From Candidatus Melainabacteria bacterium (GTDB lineage Bacteria; Cyanobacteriota; Vampirovibrionia; Vampirovibrionales; Vampirovibrionaceae), in contig JBFWUP010000001.1 in assembly GCA_050247195.1 (NCBI GenBank), positions 853,725 to 917,724 on the forward strand: DNA of 64,000 nt. Direction: 5' to 3'. A program made the translations under genes and the position numbers. Of the stretch, positions 59,636-64,000 are shown piece by piece. Below the pieces are notes generated by a model, which was not told the DNA's origin, ran no database searches, and worked only from the letters and a program-made list of their open reading frames with translations. The number at the start of each line of letters is the position of its first letter. Within the stretch, counting starts at the first letter, position 1.

Positions 59636-62600
59636 TCACTTTTTGATTTTTTCCTGAAACGCTTTGTCCACGAGTTTTTTAAGTTCCCTGAAGAACTTCA
59701 TCAGAAAATCAATCTGATCCTCACCCGTCATGCCCAGTTGTTTAATCAGCAGGGTTGGCATGCTGCCCTGTGAGGTGTTGACGGCAGGCACCCAGCGGGC
59801 TTTTTTGCCGAGGTCGCCCTTCATGTTGCGTTGCAGATAAAGCCACTCCTGCAGCGTGTAGGGAATGGAAACGCGGATATGTTCGTCATCCGAGCGCACC
59901 AGCGGTATGCCCAGTGCCGTGGCGCTGAGCTTCAGGCGGACAAGATCCACAAGCCGGAGGGTCTCTTTGGGGATGTCGCCAAAGCGATCCTTCCACTCGG
60001 CCTGAATGATCTCCAGGGCCAGATCGGTATCGATGGCGGCCAGACGTTTGTATTCCATCATCTTCACGTCGCGGTCGCCCACCCACTTGTCGGGCATAAA
60101 CGCAGTCACGTTGAGATCGATAATGGACTGTTCTTTTTCTTCGACCGGTTCGCCCTGCTGAATCTCGGTAATGGTCTCTTCCAGCATCTGGCAGTAAAGA
60201 TCGAAGCCGACAGCCACCATGTGGCCGTGCTGCTCAGAGCCCAGAATATTTCCCACGCCGCGGATTTCGAGATCCCGCAGCGCAATCTGGTATCCACTGC
60301 CCAGTGTGGTGAATTCACGGATGGCGCGGAGCCGATCCTGGGCATCCTTGGTGAGCTGGCGTTCGGGGTCGTAATAGCAATAGGCGTAAGCCTGCACCTC
60401 ACTGCGGCCCACCCGGCCACGAATCTGGTAGAGCTGCGCCAGGCCAAACCGGTCAGCGCGATCCACGATAATCGTGTTGACGTTGGGAATGTCCAGACCA
60501 CTCTCAATGATGGTGGTGCACACCAGCACGTCGAACTGCTGCTGCTCAAAATCCAGCATCACGTTTTCCAGCTGATTCTCATTCATCTGCCCGTGGCCAA
60601 CCCCGAAGCGCACTTCGGGAATCAGCTGCTGCAGTTCGCTGAGTTTTTCGTAAATCGTTTTCACGCGGTTGTGCACAAAGTACACCTGCCCGCCGCGATC
60701 AATTTCCTGAAGAATCGCCATCCGGATTTGCGCCGGGTTGTAGGGCCCCACGAATGTTTTAATGGGCGCCCGGTTGGTGGGCGGCGTATTGATAAGGCTC
60801 ATTTCCCGGATACCGGAAAGGGCCATATACAGCGTTCTGGGGATGGGTGTGGCAGAGAGGGTCAGCACATCCACTTCCATCCGCAATTGTTTGAGTTTTT
60901 CCTTATGGGTCACCCCAAAGCGCTGCTCTTCATCAATCACCACCAGGCCCAGATTCTTGAACCGCACGTCTTTCTGCAGCAGCCGGTGCGTCCCCACCAC
61001 CACGTCACATTCGCCTTCGCTGATGCGGGAAGCGACTTCCTTCTGCTCTTTGGGCGAGCGAAAACGCGAAAGCAGTCCCATGCGGACCGGATAGGGCTGA
61101 AACCGCTCGGACAGGGTGTTGAAATGCTGCTGGGCCAGAATGGTGGTGGGCACCAGGACGGCAGCCTGCCGGCCAGAGAGAACACACTTGAAAACGGCGC
61201 GCAGGGCCACCTCCGTTTTACCAAAGCCCACATCGCCGCACACCAGGCGATCCATTGGTTTGTCGGATTCCATGTCGCCTTTCGTGTCCAGGATCGCCTG
61301 CCACTGATCTGGTGTTTCCGTATAGGGAAAGGCTTCCTCCATCTCCACCTGCCATGGCGAGTCCGGTTCAAACATGACGCCGCGCGCCTTGGCCCGCGCC
61401 GCATACAATGCCTGCAGATCCTTGGCGATGACCTGAATGGATTTTTTGACTTTGGATTTGACCTTGCTCCACTCAATGCCGCCCATTTTGCTGAGCTTGG
61501 GAGCCGCCTCGCCTGCGCCGCGATACCGCGACAGGAGGTTGACCTGATCAATGGGAACGTGGAGTTTGTCGTTGCCGGCGTACTGAACCGTCAGGTACTC
61601 ACGCACTTCGCCATCAATGGTGATTTTGACCAGATCCACGAACTGGCCGATACCGTGCTTGACATGTACCACGTAATCGCCCTGGCGCAGATCGTGGATG
61701 GAGTTGATAACCTCCATGTCGTCGCGGTGTTTTTGTTCGGTCGCGTCAAGATAGCGTTTTTTCTGCTTGCGGCCAAACAGCTCGGCATCCGTAAAATGGG
61801 CAATGGCCTGTTCAGGCAGCTGAAAGCCCTGCAGGGGGCCGGTTTTTGAAATCAGAATATCTAGGTCGGTATGCGCCGGCGTTTTGGCGGCCCCGCTCTC
61901 ATCGGCCAGGTATTGCGCCGGTACATCCCATTCCTTGCAGGCATCCAGCACGCGCTGGGGGTGGCTTGTGGTGATGAGGATCTGCATGTGCCGGCGACGC
62001 AGGTCCAGAAAATGTTCGCAGGCCTGCCGCATGTTGGCCTTAAAACCCTCCACACCCTGCACGTCAATCTGCAGGACAGGGATGACGGCAGTCTGCGGCA
62101 GCTGGGCATCTGCATTTAATGGCAGCGTGTCCAGGAAGATTCGTTTCGGCATGGCCTGGCCCAGACGGCCCAGCGCTTCCTCGGCGGAGAGATGATAGGA
62201 AAAATCCAGATCCAGCAGTCGCCCCTTCTGGATGCCCTCCTGATGTTGACGCGTTAACCGGTCGCTGAGGCCGCCTAGGTTGTTTTCCAGCACATGCCAG
62301 TCATCCACCACGCACAGGCCGTTGTCCGGCAGGTAGTCCAGCAGGGAGGCGTAAGCCGACTCCGTGTGCAGCAGGGGGCCGTAATAATCAATGCCGTCCG
62401 GCAGAAAAGTCTGCTCCAGCGCCTGCAGCTGGTTATCAATTGTGGCCTGCAGGCCTTCCAGTTCCAGTTCACTGAGGTATTTGCCCTGCTGTTTCAGCCG
62501 TAACTGCAGCGCATCTTTCAGGCGCTCGCGGTTGGCGGCATCCAGCACAATGCCGCTCCTGGGTATGGCTGTGATCTGCGTCACGTTTTCAACCGAACGC

Positions 62601-63310
62601 TGATTATCAATGTCGATGATGCGGATGCTGTCGATGGTGTCGCCAAAGAATTCAATCCGCACCGGGCGACCCTGCACGGGGTATAAATCAAAAATATCAC
62701 CACGGCTGCTGAATTCACCGGGATCCTGAATCAGGCTGGTGCGCAGATAGCCCAGCGCCAGACATTGCTGGGTCAGCGCGTCTGGAGAAATCTCCATCCC
62801 TTTTTTCAGCGTAATCTGCAGAGACTCCAGGGTATTCAGCGAAAAATGCTTGAGCAGCAGGTTTTTGGCTGAGACCAGATAAATACCGGCTTCTCCGGCT
62901 TTCAGCCGCTTGAGCAGATCATACTGAAGCCGTAATGCCTGAACGGGAAATTCCGAAAGATCATAGGGAGAAAATTCCTCGGCAGGATACAGGTGGATGT
63001 CATGCGGATCAAAAAACTGGGTGAGTTCAAAATGGTATTTTCGCGCCGTGCTGGGATCCGGGCAGATGACGATCTGAGGCGTGGCCGGTTGCTGCCGGTA
63101 CAGTGCCGCCATTAGCAGGACCTTGACCGAAGGGTTGGCGAGGTTTTCAATGTGGCATTCGCTGGCGGAACGTCCGGGCTGCCATTGCGCCATCTGTCTG
63201 CCGAGCTGCTCAAACCAGTCGCTCTGGCTGAACCGTTGCAGAATGAGATCCGGGCCGGGGTGGGCGGCCGATGGTGGCATGGATGAGGAGGTACGGGAAT
63301 TGGTCTGCAT
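59636..63310 (-). CDS. mfd: Transcription-repair coupling factor Mfd
   Basis: 1224 aa with UvrB-homology N-terminus, RNAP-interacting domain, superfamily-2 helicase motifs (DEEQRFG, ...) and TRG motif. Confidence 0.9.
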   Translation of the reverse strand: MQTNSRTSSSMPPSAAHPGPDLILQRFSQSDWFEQLGRQMAQWQPGRSASECHIENLANPSVKVLLMAALYRQQPATPQIVICPDPSTARKYHFELTQFFDPHDIHLYPAEEFSPYDLSEFPVQALRLQYDLLKRLKAGEAGIYLVSAKNLLLKHFSLNTLESLQITLKKGMEISPDALTQQCLALGYLRTSLIQDPGEFSSRGDIFDLYPVQGRPVRIEFFGDTIDSIRIIDIDNQRSVENVTQITAIPRSGIVLDAANRERLKDALQLRLKQQGKYLSELELEGLQATIDNQLQALEQTFLPDGIDYYGPLLHTESAYASLLDYLPDNGLCVVDDWHVLENNLGGLSDRLTRQHQEGIQKGRLLDLDFSYHLSAEEALGRLGQAMPKRIFLDTLPLNADAQLPQTAVIPVLQIDVQGVEGFKANMRQACEHFLDLRRRHMQILITTSHPQRVLDACKEWDVPAQYLADESGAAKTPAHTDLDILISKTGPLQGFQLPEQAIAHFTDAELFGRKQKKRYLDATEQKHRDDMEVINSIHDLRQGDYVVHVKHGIGQFVDLVKITIDGEVREYLTVQYAGNDKLHVPIDQVNLLSRYRGAGEAAPKLSKMGGIEWSKVKSKVKKSIQVIAKDLQALYAARAKARGVMFEPDSPWQVEMEEAFPYTETPDQWQAILDTKGDMESDKPMDRLVCGDVGFGKTEVALRAVFKCVLSGRQAAVLVPTTILAQQHFNTLSERFQPYPVRMGLLSRFRSPKEQKEVASRISEGECDVVVGTHRLLQKDVRFKNLGLVVIDEEQRFGVTHKEKLKQLRMEVDVLTLSATPIPRTLYMALSGIREMSLINTPPTNRAPIKTFVGPYNPAQIRMAILQEIDRGGQVYFVHNRVKTIYEKLSELQQLIPEVRFGVGHGQMNENQLENVMLDFEQQQFDVLVCTTIIESGLDIPNVNTIIVDRADRFGLAQLYQIRGRVGRSEVQAYAYCYYDPERQLTKDAQDRLRAIREFTTLGSGYQIALRDLEIRGVGNILGSEQHGHMVAVGFDLYCQMLEETITEIQQGEPVEEKEQSIIDLNVTAFMPDKWVGDRDVKMMEYKRLAAIDTDLALEIIQAEWKDRFGDIPKETLRLVDLVRLKLSATALGIPLVRSDDEHIRVSIPYTLQEWLYLQRNMKGDLGKKARWVPAVNTSQGSMPTLLIKQLGMTGEDQIDFLMKFFRELKKLVDKAFQEKIKK

Positions 63311-63969
63311 CAGTCGGGTGTGGGCGCCTGTCGGGTTGGCTTTTTCATCCCTTTTTTCATCAGGGTGGCAGCGGGGTATTCCAGGGGGAGTATGGCGACC
63401 GGCGTGTCGGTCTCAATGCCGTAACGCGACGCCGAGCCGCCGGCCAGTTCAACCACCATGTCCACCGGGTATCGCGAGGAGAAGGTGGGACAGGGATCGG
63501 CGGTGCATGGCTGGGCGTTCTCCTGAATATGCACCACGCGGTAGTTGCGGATAAAAATCATATCCAGCGGGATCAGGGTGTTCTTCATCCAGAAACTAAC
63601 TTTGCGCTCGACAATCAGCGGAAAGAGCATACCGGTCTGCCGGGCCAGTTTTTTCCGGTGCATCAGGCCCTGCATCATTTCCTCCGGGGTGCGGGCCACC
63701 TCCAGATGAAAGCGTTCCACACCGATCAGCATGTCGGTTTTGCCCGGCAACAGTGCGGGATCCAGGACCATGGTGGGTGGTTCATGCGGCGTTGCTTTGG
63801 GCTGTTTTTCCGCATGGCCAGGAAAACCGGTAAAAAGCAACAGGCAGAATGCCGAAAGGCAGGCCAGCAAACCTTTCACACATTGTTGGTAGTGGGCAGA
63901 GCCTTTTGAATCGGGTGAATGCATCCCCCCATTGTAAGCAATTTTCCCCCGGTATGCACCCCCGGCCAA
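63310..63969 (-). CDS. DUF192 domain protein (secreted)
   Basis: ...MLFPLIVERKVSFWMKNTLIPLDMIFI... DUF192 core. Its stop overlaps the mfd start (TGATG). The true start may be ATG 63924 ahead of the signal peptide. Confidence 0.55.
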   Translation of the reverse strand: MAGGAYRGKIAYNGGMHSPDSKGSAHYQQCVKGLLACLSAFCLLLFTGFPGHAEKQPKATPHEPPTMVLDPALLPGKTDMLIGVERFHLEVARTPEEMMQGLMHRKKLARQTGMLFPLIVERKVSFWMKNTLIPLDMIFIRNYRVVHIQENAQPCTADPCPTFSSRYPVDMVVELAGGSASRYGIETDTPVAILPLEYPAATLMKKGMKKPTRQAPTPD

Positions 63970-64000
63970 ATTAATCCTCCCGGGTCACCCTGGCCAGAAC

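Noticed and set aside
59831-61849. 672-aa plus-strand ORF inside mfd
   Set aside because: Antisense to mfd, whose helicase motifs are unambiguous.

Overview
GC-rich (about 60%) bacterial chromosomal segment. The window is almost entirely coding, and I recognise no rRNA, tRNA, CRISPR array, transposase or integrase. It covers the replication-initiation neighbourhood: dnaA on the minus strand diverges from rpmH-rnpA-yidD-yidC on the plus strand, and yifB, mnmG and mfd lie at the far end of the window. Housekeeping genes include lysS, LDH-type mdh, the def-fmt-rsmB operon, pyrK-pyrD (class 1B dihydroorotate dehydrogenase), pyk, an AMP-forming acetyl-CoA synthetase, aldehyde dehydrogenase, a DAACS symporter, ubiE/menG, M55 D-aminopeptidase (DppA), sppA and a GH38 alpha-mannosidase. 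Accessory content includes: a six-gene Tad/Cpa pilus secretion locus (tadC-tadB-cpaF-cpaE-cpaC-cpaB) with no flp pilin or prepilin peptidase; a YtxH-DUF948-YtxH stress-protein triad; a GGDEF cyclase; an orphan OppF/DppF-type ABC ATPase; an isolated fliJ-fliK-flg(rod/hook) flagellar fragment beside a circularly permuted ATP-grasp-like gene; a 626-aa extremely acidic, low-complexity protein followed by an XRE-HTH/zinc-ribbon regulator; and several clusters of unrecognisable small proteins. The most unusual locus is at 39.6-41.9 kb. An AT-rich promoter island precedes a 465-aa ORF whose 3' half has foreign, lower-GC codon usage and ends in a glycine-zipper hydrophobic hairpin. About 265 bp downstream is a start-less orphan copy of just that C-terminal approximately 75 codons, conserved at protein level but heavily diverged at synonymous sites. 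A hairpin terminator follows it. This looks like a polymorphic-toxin or bacteriocin-like gene with a silent alternative C-terminal cassette, which I cannot assign to any family I know. Other notable signals are a family of intergenic GC-rich palindromes sharing CCCTCTCCCC/GGGGAGAGGG arms, a 26-bp AT-only near-perfect palindrome, tandem terminator-like hairpins in the pyrK leader, and a canonical sigma70 promoter with a long leader of unknown structure. The supplied ORF track takes the longest ATG/GTG/TTG-initiated frame, so many N-termini are over-extended; where I give a shorter start it is supported by a Shine-Dalgarno match or family-typical N-terminus. Long antisense 'shadow' ORFs opposite real genes are ignored.
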